A DNA stretch of 64,000 nt, from assembly GCF_009834535.1 (NCBI RefSeq), contig NC_045697.1, forward strand, positions 66,280,001-66,344,000. Reading direction: 5' to 3'. The position numbers were made by a program, and so were the translations under genes. Of the stretch, positions 38,410 through 51,010 are shown piece by piece (the stretch's first letter is position 1; each line of letters begins with the position of its first letter). The notes beneath the pieces are model-generated. The model made no database searches. It saw only the letters and a program-made list of their open reading frames with translations, and was not told the origin of the DNA. The DNA is from Camelus ferus (lineage: Eukaryota).

Positions 38410-39130
38410 CTTTTTTTAATTGAAGTGTAGTTGACTTACGATATTACATTAGTTTCTGTCGTACAACATAGTGATTTGATATTTTTACACATGCACCATA
38501 AAAAATGATTGGAATATTATTGACTGCATTCCCTTATGCTATGCATTACATCCCCATGATTTGTGTATTTTATAACTGGTATTTTGCCCCTCTTAATTCC
38601 CTTCACCTATTTCACTAATCCTTCCATACCCCCTCCCCTCTGGCAATGCCTAGTTTGCTCTCGGTATTTATGACTCTGTTTTGTCGTATTTGTTCATTTG
38701 TTTGGTTTTTTACATTCTACATATAAGTGAAAACATCCAGTGTTTGTCTTTCTCTGTTTGATTTACTTCACTTAACATAGTACCCTCTTGATCAATCCGT
38801 GTTGTTACAAATGGCGAGTGATATTCTGTTGTATGTGTACACTACATCTTTATCTGTTCATCTGTTGATGGACACTTAGGTGGCTCCCGTATCTTGGCTG
38901 CTGTAAATAATGCTACAGTGAACGTAGGGGTGCATGTATCTTTTCAAATTAGTGTTTTCATTTTCTTTGGATAAATACTCAAAAATGGAATTACTGGATT
39001 GTATAGTAGTTCTATGTTTAATTTTTTGAGGAACCTCCATACTGTTTTGTGTAGTGACTGCACCAATATGCATTCCCACCAACACTGCACAAAGGTTCCC
39101 TTTTCCCCACATCCACGCTAATACTTGTGT
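38410..39130 (-). mobile_element. L1 3' UTR + ORF2 C-terminal remnant
   Basis: Typical L1 antisense text (gttgatggacacttagg...gctgctgtaaataatgct...aggaacctccatactgtttt). ORF 38876..39112 contains the ORF2-like [10 protein letters not shown] motif and then drifts out of frame. Confidence 0.9.
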
Positions 39131-40189
39131 TTCTCAAACTATTTCAAAAAAAAAATTTACTGATTTTTTTATGGTTGCAGAGTAATTATCAAGTGAAAAT
39201 CAAGAAAGATTTCTATTCACTTAATCAAATACCTAAATAGAGTTTTAGATTTGGAGTGAAGAAAATAAATATACTAATTTCAGCTAGGGCTGGGTCATGT
39301 CTGCCAGTTTTTTGAGTTTTTGTGTATTTTACATTGCTCTAAAGAATAAAGTTTTTGATTTGTCAATCACTTTGGTAGGGAAAAATGCCTGGTATCCCCT
39401 TCTTCCTCCCTGTTTCTTCCAAACAAAACAAAATGTAACAAAACAACACTTTTTGAAAAAAAAACTTTACTCTTGAAGCTTGCCATAACCCTTCAGAGAA
39501 TTCTCAGTAAAAATTTAAGTTTCTGTTCTATTGGTTTTGTTCCAGAACAGGTTTTAGTCCATGAAGTGTGCCTGTGATTAAAGAATCTATTGTAAGGAAT
39601 ATGTTTCTTACCTGAGTGTTTCTGAGCCATTAGACATGACATGTGAGCTTGTTGGTCTCTAGTTTATGTCTATAATGTTGAACAGTGTAGCTGGAGAACT
39701 TACAGATGAGTTAAAGGCTTTTGCTCCTGAAATAGGAGTTCTAGCTCAAATAATATTGTACTATGGTATGCTGTTTTTCCATCTTGCTTGGAAATTGAGG
39801 AAATGGCTTATAATGATGGCAGCAGAGAATAATAACTAAGCTAACCAGGGGGTTGCCTGATAGATGTTCTTGGAAATGTATTCTTAATGTTTAACTTTTT
39901 GAAAAGATGTTTGCATACACCAAAGAAATGTTAAGGCAAAATGTTAATGTGTGAGATGGAAGAGCAAATATAGCATTTTTCATTTGTTATCTGATCTTTG
40001 TCATTTTATATGTGGAGGGGAAGGTTTTGTAAAAAGAGAAAGTAAAAAAGTGTCTAGCATAGTGCCTGGCATATAGTGAATACTCAAAAATGGTAGTTAT
40101 TATCTGTTAATTACACATACTTTTAACAATTAGAAAGTATAACTCTGTTATCTTCCCTTTCCTGCTCCCTCCCCTACACTTATACGTGA

Positions 40190-40218
40190 GTGCACGCGCG
40201 CGCACACACACACACACA
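40190..40218. repeat. (CG)n(CA)n compound microsatellite
   Basis: gtgcacgcgcgcgcacacacacacacaca. Confidence 0.9.
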
Positions 40219-40454
40219 AGAAATACTTTATGTGCTGGTATATATTATATGCTTGTTAACCATTTGCTGAAAGAATGGGATTTATATCAACTACTTTAAT
40301 ATAACTCAAAAACTTTTAAGTAAAATGTTGGTCTTCTATCATTCAGTAATGATCAATAGTTGGTTAGTAGTGATATTTTTGATTTACACAAGAAAAGCAC
40401 CATATAGAGACTAGATTTACCTGTGACTTCTGCTAGTAAATTCTTGGGGGTTTT

Positions 40455-40480
40455 TTGTTGTTGTTGTTGTTGTTGTTGTT
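40455..40480. repeat. (TTG)8 microsatellite
   Basis: Read directly. Confidence 0.95.
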
Positions 40481-41914
40481 CTTAACAGTAATGGCCTTGA
40501 TCTTGTCCCTATATTTAAGTGACCCTGGGCTCTTACTCTGAAGGGAAGAGGTGATTGATTCGTCAAAGGACTGATAGAATAGGTGGGAAGCAGGGTGAAG
40601 ATGAAACCGCAGACAACGTGCTTTAGACATATTCTATCAGGCAAACCAAAATCTTAGCCTCCTCCACTTGCTCACTCCCGCCTCTGTGCAGACTTCGCAA
40701 AACTGGGAACAGTGACATTGCTTAATAGACTCTCCCTAACTGCTGTCAGCACCTTGTCCCCTGCCAAGTCCCATGTTACCCAGAGCTCAGATACAGATGG
40801 CACAGCAGTCGCACTGCAACAAGAATCCTTCAGTCTTGCTCTTAGTTTAAAAAAGGAAAGAAAAAATAGTGGCACTGACGTAAGAACATTTCCTTTCTAC
40901 TTCCAGCTGCTGTCTGTGATCATGCATTTGCTTTCTGTGGACAGAGTAAAACATCTAGGGGTAAATCAATGTCTTGTGACGAGAGACCAGAGTGCTAGAA
41001 GCGATCCACCAACATTTGGTACTATTGATAAAAGCCAACTGTGCGGGCTGGATTATTGACCTAGAAAAATGAATCTGCGACGGCAAGAAAAGGCACAGGA
41101 GACCCATCAAGGGGGTATTGGTGGTAGTTCTGACCTAAACAAAGAGAGCTGGAAGGAAAGGTTTCCTAGGATTTTTTTTTTCCTCAACAGATCCCAATTG
41201 GGATAAATAAAATAATTCCATATACAGAAAAGTTAACTCTTTGGGCCCAAGTGTTGATGAATCTTAATTTTGAAAGGCTACAGATGTACAAAGGAAGCTG
41301 AAGCCATACTTCTAGAGACAGGAATGGAGTGAAGACTTACTCATCTTCTTTAAGGGGTAAGAGAAAGTGTGTGGTAGAAAAAGTACTGAAAAGAACCAGG
41401 AGTAGACGAGCATGGATTTCTTGGAAACAGTGTGGCATCCAGGAGTGATAGTTGTATAATGTAAGTACTCTGTTCTAAGCAATAAAAATTTTAAAGAGAC
41501 CACACGAGTTACTGTGGAAGCAACTTGTAAACTTAGATTCTTCTGGAGTTATTTATTGTCACATACTGTGCCCTTTTACTGTGTGGCTTTTGGCATCCTG
41601 GCCAGCCTGGGCTGTTAGTTTCCCTGTCACTTTCTCCCTAACATGTGAACACGGTCAACTACTTGCTATTCTGTGGAAATGGTAGTACTTTCATATCATC
41701 ATGTCTTTCACGTGCTTTTTGGTTTTTTCTGGAGCTCATACATCCCTTCTGTTTTGATCCTGCAAATTCCGACCTGTCTTTCAGCACTCAGGGCAATCGT
41801 CATTGTCTTTGCGAAACTTCTTCATGCCACCGAGGTATATTAGTCATTCCAGCCTTTGTGTTATTGGTAACTTTGATACATTTTTATATTACTCTTTATT
41901 GTTCTGGAGTATCC

Positions 41915-42270
41915 TTACCTTTGCTTGTCCCTCTGCCCAGAATGCCTTCCCCCTAAATACTTGCATGGTTCTTTCTCTTACTTCATTCTGGTTTCTGTTC
42001 ATATGTTACCTTCCCTGATTTCCTTACTTTAAAGAGCATTTCCTGACACTTTCTATCATTTGCTTTATTTTTCTTCTGTAATTCTAATTACTGCCTGACA
42101 TTTAATTACTTATCTGTGTGTTTATATGTTGATTGTCTCTTACCAGTTGACTGAATTAAAGTTCCATGAGGGAATGGACTCCTTTTGTTCCTTCTTGTAT
42201 TCCCATACCTAGAATAGACTGGCATGTAATAGGCACCTGGGAAGTATTGGTTAAATGATGAAATCAATGA
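41915..42270 (+). mobile_element. L2a 3' fragment
   Basis: ccctctgcccagaatgccttcccc...aagttccatgaggg...cctagaatag...tggcatgtaataggcac. Confidence 0.8.
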
Positions 42271-42739
42271 GTAGTTGCCTTCCCCATTAGCCTCATAATT
42301 TATTCTTATAGTCATTAGTGCATCTGGTCCATATATACTCACTCAGTAAACATACGATGAATGAGTGAAGGCATAATTCAGCATTAAATGCCAGAGGGCT
42401 CAGTTGGTACCAGCGGAAAGGAGATTCTTCTTGTTGAGGCTAATTCATTCTAAAAGAAAAACTCATTTGGGATCTGAAAAAAGTCTGTAAGCCAGATTCT
42501 CCTCTCCTAATTAGCTCTGAAAATCCAGCCTTTTACATTTCTAATGTTGATGCAGTTTCAGGTTTTTGAAAAGCACTCATGTTTGCCATTTCAGTATTTT
42601 GTAATAGAGAAATAAGAATAATATATGTGAAGTAATTGTAGAAGAATACAAAATTTATTTTAGTGCCTGAGTAGTGAGTGGATCCTAATTGTATTGACTT
42701 TAGACTAATGAGAGATTGTAAAGTCTGTGTAAATATTTA

Positions 42740-42870
42740 TTATGGTTTAGAGTTGAAAGGTATCCTGGAACATTTGAGCCGACTTTCTTGTACTGCTGAA
42801 TAGATGAGGCCAGAGATGTAAATGACTTGCCCAAGGTCACAGAATTTGTTAGTGGTAGAGGTAGAATTAC
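42740..42870 (-). mobile_element. MIR/MIR3 fragment
   Basis: tgaggccagaga...aatgacttgcccaaggtcacag...gttagtggtagag. Confidence 0.7.
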
Positions 42871-42894
42871 CGTCAGTTTTCTTTTATAAAACTA

Positions 42895-43125
42895 AGGATT
42901 GCGAGGGTGTAGGTAACGGACACGCTCATACATAGTTTGCAGACTTGTAAATGGCTGCAGATATTCTTGCTGGCAGTGTAGTGTCATGGATCAAACATTT
43001 AAATGTGTATACCTTTTTAGAAGCAGTTCCTAAAGAAAACGTCAAATATGTGTGCCAAAATAAATGTACGATATCATTCGTCGCTTTGTTTAACATAAGA
43101 CCAAAAAAATTGGAAATGAGTTAAA
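42895..43125 (+). mobile_element. Ancient L1M fragment (sense)
   Basis: gcgagggtgtagg...ctcataca...tgtaaatgg matches the degraded end of L1 ORF2. Confidence 0.55.
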
Positions 43126-43422
43126 TTATTAAATAATAGCCCGTTTATTAAGCACCTTTAATTTCTAGTGTGACAACTCATTAAAAGTTTATTTTGTATT
43201 ATGTTTCAGTCCTTATACAGTGGTTCTAAAGAGAAATAGAAGATTCAGTCATTGCCTTAAAGGAGCATCCTTGCTGGCCTACAGACCAGCAAACTGTCAG
43301 TTACAGTTTGAGATGAAATAAGGATAGAAATGAAAAATAAGTATCTAGAAACTTCTGTGGTTCTACAGAGTAATTTTATGTTGGTTGAATCTGATGATAA
43401 AAAATTTGGTCTTATATTTTGA

Positions 43423-43558
43423 TTTATTTATTTATTTTTATTTTTTGGTGGGAAGGTAATTAGGTTTATTTGTTTATTTTAACGGAAGTACTGGGGATTG
43501 AACCCAGGACCTAATACATACTAAGCATGCACTCTACCGCTGAGCTGTACCCTCCCCC
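43423..43558 (-). mobile_element. tRNA-derived SINE, long-tail form
   Basis: Full head plus aaataaacctaattacc tail on the minus strand. Perfect 17-bp TSD ttggtcttatattttga at 43406-43422 and 43559-43575. Confidence 0.92.
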
Positions 43559-43879
43559 TTGGTCTTATATTTTGAATGGTTTCTTTACTTCTTTTTTTCC
43601 CCAGTAATTTGTCTTTATTGTAGATTACAGAAGAATCGGTAAAGGCAAATTGAGGGAAAAAATCTTTGTGCACAGATAGTGCCTTCAACCACAGATAGTT
43701 TGAGGAACACTGCTTTCTGGAGAGCTGCATATACCTGGGAAAAGTTAAATAGTAGAAAAGAGTAGATGAGGGAATTTCTTAGAATTCGGTATTGAATGTA
43801 GTGCCTTGTTGGAATAGACCCTTCTTAAATGTTAGTGATTTTATGCTATGAACATTTTAAAAGTTTAAAAGTGAGTCAC

Positions 43880-44285
43880 CATTTTTTTAAGCTACACTTA
43901 TCTACCATTAGCATGTGAAATCATGATTCTGCACCACTTTGGATAAGTATTAATTCTGTTTTGAGTTCTTAAATTTTCTTGATGCTAAAGGAGTTTTTCT
44001 TTTTTTCTAAACATCTTTAGCTTGTGGGTTTTGAAAGGCTTGTGATTTGTTTCCCATCATTGAACTATGCTGGCACTAGTGGTTTAGGAACCACACTTTG
44101 AGAAACACTATTCTAAGGTTTCATTAAATCATTAGGTCTTAACATTTTTTTGGTCATAGATGCCTTTGAGAATTTGGGGAAAGCTATGGACAGACTCAAT
44201 GGAAAATACATGTATATTTGCATACAGTTTGCTTACAATTTCAGAGAGGATTTAATCTTATCACTGAGAAGAACCTCACAAGAAG
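43880..44285. mobile_element. Adjacent degraded hAT-Charlie MITE remnants (family not certain)
   Basis: gaaccacactttgagaaacacta terminal motif at ~44088-44110, followed by ggtcttaac...cctttgagaat...aaagctatggac...acaatttcag. Confidence 0.5.
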
Positions 44286-45523
44286 GAAGGGTTAAAATGT
44301 GTGAATTTCAGTGCTAATCTGTTTGTAGGTAAACTGGATGTGACCAATGCATTTTGAACCTTTATAACTTTCTGTGACATTTCTTACCATTTTCCTTATT
44401 ATTATAGAGTGGACTACATAGAAACACTGATTTCTCTGTAAGTAACAAATTTGATTTTGAGATGTTTGTGAATGTTCTCTCTCTTTTTTTTTTTTAAAAA
44501 ACCACTATACCTTCCACATTTCTGGTAGAATTACCTTCACACATTAACTACAGAACACATTAAATCTTTGGGCTTAAACACATGGATTAACTATAAAATG
44601 AAAATGTTATGTGGCATCTTAATAGTGAATTACAGTTTAAAAAGGAATGTTTATTTTATTAGGACACTGGTAGAGAAGAATAAAGATGTTATTTCAATTA
44701 AGAGAGACTCATCAAGGAAATCCATTTAGATTAGAATAGGCATTTTAGCAGAACAAACATATGTCCGTACTAGGTAGCTCAGTGACTACATAAGAAAAGA
44801 GGCGTAATCACCCTCTTCCGTTTGGTTTTATAAGGCATAATGACACATACTTTGAGGTATTCTCTTCATTGCTACCATATAAGGTGTATTTTCAGACTTT
44901 TGGGTAAAGCTGATTACAGTTTGACTCATAAGCTAAAAAATAAGGCACATAGTTAAAGTAACCAGTGCTCATATGAATCAGAATTTTACCAACATACAGA
45001 GACATCAGTGATTGCTGGGTTTTTTTCACCATTCTAACCTACAGAAAGCCAAGTCATTTTCTTTCACAGAAAAAGATGTTAAAATGAATTCAAAGTAGCC
45101 TCATTTTAAAGGAGCACGTTCACATTAGACATCCAGGCCTGAGACTGACATTTTGTATGTAGTTGAGGTGTATTATTGGCTGGTCGAGGCACTAACATAT
45201 AACCATAATAACCATATACAGTGCAAGACAGAACACCTTTAATGTAGGGCAGACTGATAAGCACTGGAGTGGTAGTAAATAAGTTGAGATGTGGAAAAAA
45301 AGCTTTAAAGGCTATGGCTGAAAAAAATAGTTCTTCTTAGATGTTCTTCTGCTCGCGTTAGTGGCTGAAAACTGACCATTTTTGTTTATTTGTGATATTT
45401 CTTAGTGATTGAGTAGCATTCATCGCTGGGCAGGAAAGCAAGTTCTGTGAGTCCTTTCTTTTGGAGTAACGCTCAAATAGTTTTAGGCATTTTGGGGGGG
45501 TAGTGGTGCAAAAAATCACATTA

Positions 45524-45525
<2 letters not shown>

Positions 45526-45581
<56 letters not shown>
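45526..45581. repeat. (TTA)18 microsatellite with degenerate TTG/TTA extension to ~45610
   Basis: Read directly. Confidence 0.95.
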
Positions 45582-47724
45582 GTTATTGTTGTTATTATTT
45601 TGTTATTATTTCCCAGACAGTATTCTGGGAAATATGTGGGAGATAAACAGCTAGATATCTGGATTCAAATTTTTTATTCTACAGTAGGTACTACTAGTAG
45701 GTACTAAAATATGTTTTAAATCAAAATTAAAGATAGTCTATTAATTAGGAATTTTTTAAAAATAAGATTTGTCTCTGTGCTTTCCTCTGCCTCAAGAAGA
45801 TCCTGTTGGTCAGATTGGTATAGTGTTTTTAGTAAATGTATTTCTCCAAATTTTGGTAATGGCACTGTTAGAAAAACAATAGCTTTTATTTTCCCATGGT
45901 TTAGTTCCCATGGTTTTCGGACATGGGAAATTTCTGTTAGTGTCTCTTTCTGTAGCTGTCATATTTATGTGTTCCTTTTTTACATTTACTAAGCCTGATG
46001 GCATTCCTGTCATACCCATGGTGTCAGGGTCACACATTTCCAAACATTCCACATTTGTTGAAAATATGCAGAAGGGTGAAAACTGGCATGTTGGCAGTGG
46101 CTCATTATATAGGTACCTGTCTCCTGCTTGTTACCCATAGCATGTAATAATGTAATTACTGAAGTGCATTTCTTTTGAACCAGCATAAATTGTTCTCAGT
46201 AAGCATCTACTAAAGTGTTATCTATATTATAAAATGATCTCTGTAATATTCTTAGGCACATATATTTTCAATAGATCATTTCTATTGCTAGCACCTATTT
46301 TCTGAGGTTTGTAACTAATGGCTTATTTCCAAGGAAAGACAAATAGAGGTTTTTGTGTGCATATTGAGAATTCCCTATGGTTTGGAAGGATACATTTCAT
46401 TAGAGAATTCTAAGACAGTGTTGGAGTCACTGCTATGGCTAAACATTTTGCCTCTTTATGAAAAAGTTTCGGGCAATATAGCAGCTGTATTAGATGTTCA
46501 TTTTATAGAGGAATCTTAGACAGACTTATTTAAAATGATATCTGCCATATTGGGTACTAACTTTTAAAAGCGAAAGCTCTATGATGCTTTCATTGATTTT
46601 GTTTGGGTTTTTTTTGCTGTGAATTCAATGATTGGTTTGCTTCTGTGATGTACTCTTAAGATGTAATAGCTTTGGGGAAGGATTAGTGTAACAGTTATGT
46701 CTGTAACTCCTTATGAATCCCAAGAGGTGTGCTTCTTTGTGGATAAGACAGGTTTTCTCTTTAGTGCATCTTTGAGATCCTTGTCTAAGTGGTATGCCAT
46801 CTTGAGATACTAATATTTTATTTTCAGTGTAGTTTTATAAAGACATAGAGCTACTTTCCTTTTTTGTTAAAAAGTTTTAAGAAATACTTTTGGAACCACA
46901 CATTTGTATGGAGGCTAAGTGTTTGGGAGAAGTTTAGCTATAAATTTTATTGGAGTACGTTAAGTTAATGACATGTTTAATGACATATATAAGTATTACT
47001 GTAAATTAATTAGCTCTAAATTATAGTTATTAATTATAGTCATTTAGGTTATTTTAGTTATTCAAATCAAAGTATGAGATCTTCTTGCTTCTATAATTAG
47101 TTACTATTTTGATGTTTTGTTCAGTTTACATACTATTTTGTGCATGTGCACAGTGATATACAACACACCCAGAGATGAGGCCTGGACCCTGTACCTGGGA
47201 CATCTCATGACCCTTTCTTCCCTCATGGCCTTGGTTCCCTATTCTGACCTCTATCCCAGTCCCCTCCTTTGTTCCCTTTGCTGTGTGTTCTCTTGTTATC
47301 TTTCCTTCTTGTCCTTTCCTGACCCTCAACTCAAGGCTTCTTCACAAGTATCACCTTATTGATTCTTACCGTTTGGCCATTTGGTACAGTGGCAACACGT
47401 AACTGCCCTGGGAAGTGGGGGTATGAGGCTACCATCCTGTGGGAATGGAGTTGGGGAAATTCAGACTTGAAAAGTGGTCAGCAGGGAAGGAGGACTTGGG
47501 AGCTGGGGTTGATTGTGTGCATACCAAGCTCTTTTGATAAGTGAGGAGAAGGTTTAGGCTCAGAGAAGCAGAGGGAGAAGAGGGGTGTATGGTCTTCCTT
47601 TAAGGAGGGAAGGGAAAAGCCAAGTCAGACCGGTCAGTTTGGAAGTTGTCTTCTCTGCCCCATATGTCCTTGCGGGAGATGTCCAGCCTGTGAGAACTGA
47701 TGGTGTAGAGTGATAATACCAATG

Positions 47725-47935
47725 GCACTGAACATTTACTGTGCATTGTGTGCTATGTGTTGTGCCGGTGTTTTATTTAATCTGCTCAACAGCTCTGTGA
47801 GGCAGGTGGAGTCCTAGTCCCTATTTTCAAGGAGAGATAGTTGAAGCCTAGAGAGGCCTAGTAAATTCACGGCACACAATTGATAGAGGGCAGAGCGTAA
47901 CGTGAAGTCACGTTTGTCTAACTTCCGAGCCTTTA
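47725..47935 (-). mobile_element. MIR SINE
   Basis: acatttactgtgc...atttaatctgctcaacagctctgtgaggcagg...tgaagcctagagagg. Confidence 0.7.
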
Positions 47936-48264
47936 CTGGAAACTGTGTTCTTTCTTGCTGTGTGTAAGCAAGTTATTTAATCCCTTTGAAGATTTCTTCC
48001 CATCTGTAGAGCAGCATAAAGCTAACTGATAGTGGTAAAGGGTGGTAACAGGCCTCCCAGGATCCCTCACTTACTCTTGGTGCTCAGTACATAGTCCTAA
48101 TAACTTTTTCTGTGTCATTTCTTTCTCAGGGAAGAAAAAGACTATGTGAGAGGAGATACTCATCTGAAATAACTGGAGAAAATTTACCTTTGGGTATTTC
48201 CTAGTCAAAGTAAGATGGGGGAAGCCCAAGTCTATGATACCATTTTCTCTTACATCCTCTCCGA

Positions 48265-48331
48265 TCTCTCTCTGTCTGTCTGTCTCACACACGCACGCAC
48301 ACACACACACACACACTCACATACACACACA
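48265..48331. repeat. Compound (CT)/(CTGT)/(CA) microsatellite
   Basis: tctctctctgtctgtctgtctcacacacgcacgcacacacac... Confidence 0.9.
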
Positions 48332-49868
48332 GTCTGCGCATCCACTTACTGAAGACTGGACTTCCTTTTCAAGAGAAAACATCTTACAATCCGTAATTAC
48401 AGATTAAAGGGTTAAAATGTATCCATAGGGGTGAGTTTTAGTCCCAAGTGCAGGTGATTGATATTAGATCCTTTCTTATCTAAGTTAATGGGGTGGCTCA
48501 GTAAAGATACCATTCTCTTGAAGAGCATACATTTTCCTTGTTTACCTTCATTTCTGCATCAGTAAACAGAAGCTCAGAGGTAGTTCCAACAGCTGCAGCC
48601 ATGCCTGCTTGCAGCTTAAGTGAGACCACAAAGCAATGTTTTTAAAGAAGCATACAGGCAGCTACAATTAAGTATATGAAAAATTGGACAACAGTACTGA
48701 AAAATATATTTAAAGATCAAAGGAGAAGCATTTGCTTGTGATTAGTTTGATTTATACTGAACCTGACCCAGGAGCCTCCCGTGACTGCTTCCTTCCTACA
48801 CATTGTGCATTTATGAAATACACACACTTACAGCTGTCATATAATATATAAAGATTTGCTGATGACAGAAAGTTATTACTGCTTCAAACAAATGCAAGCT
48901 ATTTAGACTTGCAAAAACAAAGGAGAAATGAACTATACAAATAATGAGTGACCTTGTAATCTTTCCTTTGCTGCTCACAACTCATAATAGTGCTACATCC
49001 TACCCAATTAAGGAGGAAAATTTATCTTTCTATTGAGTGGATGGCTGGAGGAAGTGGTTCTGGGGATAAATGAAGCTCATTGGACTATTTAGGGAGATGC
49101 CGTCTTTAACAAGTTTTAAATTTGTTTCTATGCATTGGGCCTTTCCCACTGGTGTTAGTTTAGGCTTTTCCTGTTCTCTAGTTTAAATCAAGTGAGTAGA
49201 AAGCCTGAGAATTGACTAATAAAGATGATTAAAGATTTAGAAAAGATGTTAATGTCAAAAACCCAAGACAATTAATATTACGAAGCTCAGGGGAAAAAAA
49301 ACTACACAAAAAGGAGTTTGACGATTTAAATAACAAGAGAGATTTTTCATATGGTGATGGGCATTTTGTTTACATTTCTGATGATTGAGTAAAGGTTGAG
49401 AGGTTGAGAGTAAATAGAGTTAAGTTCTTCCTAACTGCCTGTTAGATAAAGTAACCAAGGGGAATTGTTACTTCTTTGGAGATCCTAGGAAAAATATATT
49501 AGCTAACTATCCAAAATGGATTTACTTTGTTCTGTTGGAAATATCGTTTAATTTTTGACCTAACTTAGGTCAGTTCAGCCTCATGATTAACTGAAGATTC
49601 TCATTTTCAGATTAGAATCTGTTTTTCTCTCTTTGGTGAATTAAGTATGTTTCTACTAGAATATAGAATTTAGAATGTTAAACTGATGGATGGATTTAGG
49701 ACTAGATTACAGGATCATGGGATCAAGAGGAAAATAATTAAGATAGAACTTTATTACGTATATTTTAAAATACTGTGTAGGCAGATATATTTATTAAAAT
49801 ATGAAAGTAATGTGTGTGTGTTTGAGAGTAAAGAAAAAGTCTTTAAAAAATAATACCTACATTAAAAC

Positions 49869-50025
49869 ATTTTGGTAAAAATGTACTTATCTTAAAAGTT
49901 AACCATGTTAACCATTTTTAAGTGCACAATTCATTATTTGCATTAAGTATCTTTACCATGTTGTGCAACCGTTAGCACTATCCATTTCCAGAATTTTTTT
50001 CATCATCCCAAATGAAAATTCTGTA
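49869..50025 (-). mobile_element. L1MB-like 3' end
   Basis: ttaaccatttttaagtgcacaattca...gcattaagta...atgttgtgcaacc...tccatttccagaattttt...catcccaaatgaaa. Confidence 0.8.
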
Positions 50026-50985
50026 TAAAATCTTTGGTTTTAAGTGTTAGAGAAATATCAGTTATTTTCTTTCTTTTTTGGGCCTAGTTTCACCTGTCTT
50101 CCTACAAACCAGTATTCAGTGTGAGCCACTTGTCCTTGTTGAATTCTGAGCTTGTCATTTGAATTAGAATGAATTAGAACTAGATTTCTTTTGATTTGTA
50201 CTTGTTCCATGTTTCTGAGTATCTATTAAAATTATATCATCTTTTATTTTACTATCATATTATATATTTGTTTCCTTCTTTTGGAGCAATGAAATAGATA
50301 CATGTTGAAGTTTAAGGGAGATCAAACTAAATGTTAATATGTAGAAAATTTCATAGAGAAGGAAAGAAAGATTGGGGATTAAAGACTGTGGTACACAAAG
50401 AAGTCTGACTGTCTCAGATGCAACTGGTTCCCTTCCACTCTTGCTAAGTGCCTGGAGCAGGAAGCACATCCAGCGTAGTAGATACCTGGGGCTGTGATCT
50501 GAAAGAGTTCAGTTCCCCAAACATTGGATATGGAGTGGATGCGACATGAAGGACGTTCAGGATGTTCAGTACATCCTCCTTCTGTATTACTCTTTGTGCT
50601 CAAACGAAAATACAGTTGTTTAAAGAGTTTTAAAAATTATTTTAAAAAGAATATTAAATACCCTGTTCAGATTATCTTCTTTTTTCCTGCTCAAATGTAA
50701 TTTTCTTGGCTACTTCTCTTCTGCATTTGTAACAGTCATGCACTACTGTTACACAGTAGAGAAATGGAGAAATTATCAGAGCTCCTTTCTCAGACAATTA
50801 TTGTAGATTTTTAGAAAGCAAATAAGAATTTAAGACAATAAATATTAAAGTCATTTGAATTTTTATTGACCTGTTAACCAAGATAATTTGTGTTACTTTA
50901 ATAGTATATTAATATACCTTTATGTCTGTATAACAGAAGTATGATTTTCATCTGTGTTTATTCTTTGTTTTTTAGAGAGTGACAG

Positions 50986-51010
50986 TCCTAATGAAATCTA
51001 TTTTTTACAG
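50986..51010 (+). promoter_or_regulatory. Branch point and 3' splice site of the PDZ exon
   Basis: TCCTAAT (50986-50992) fits YNYTRAY with branch A at 50991 (~-20), followed by a short T tract and CAG. Confidence 0.75.

Larger units (their letters stand above)
1..51010 (+). other. PDLIM5: PDLIM5 intron upstream of the PDZ exon (5' end outside the window)
   Basis: The N-terminal PDZ exon (MSNYSVSLVGPAPWGFRL...) is not seen in the window. Sequence is repeat-rich, T-rich on + and ends in branch point + AG. Confidence 0.85.

Noticed and set aside
50954..51010. N-terminal extension MFILCFLESDSPNEIYFLQ of the PDZ ORF
   Set aside because: Intronic pyrimidine tract and branch point, non-ATG start, no similarity to the PDLIM5 N-terminus.
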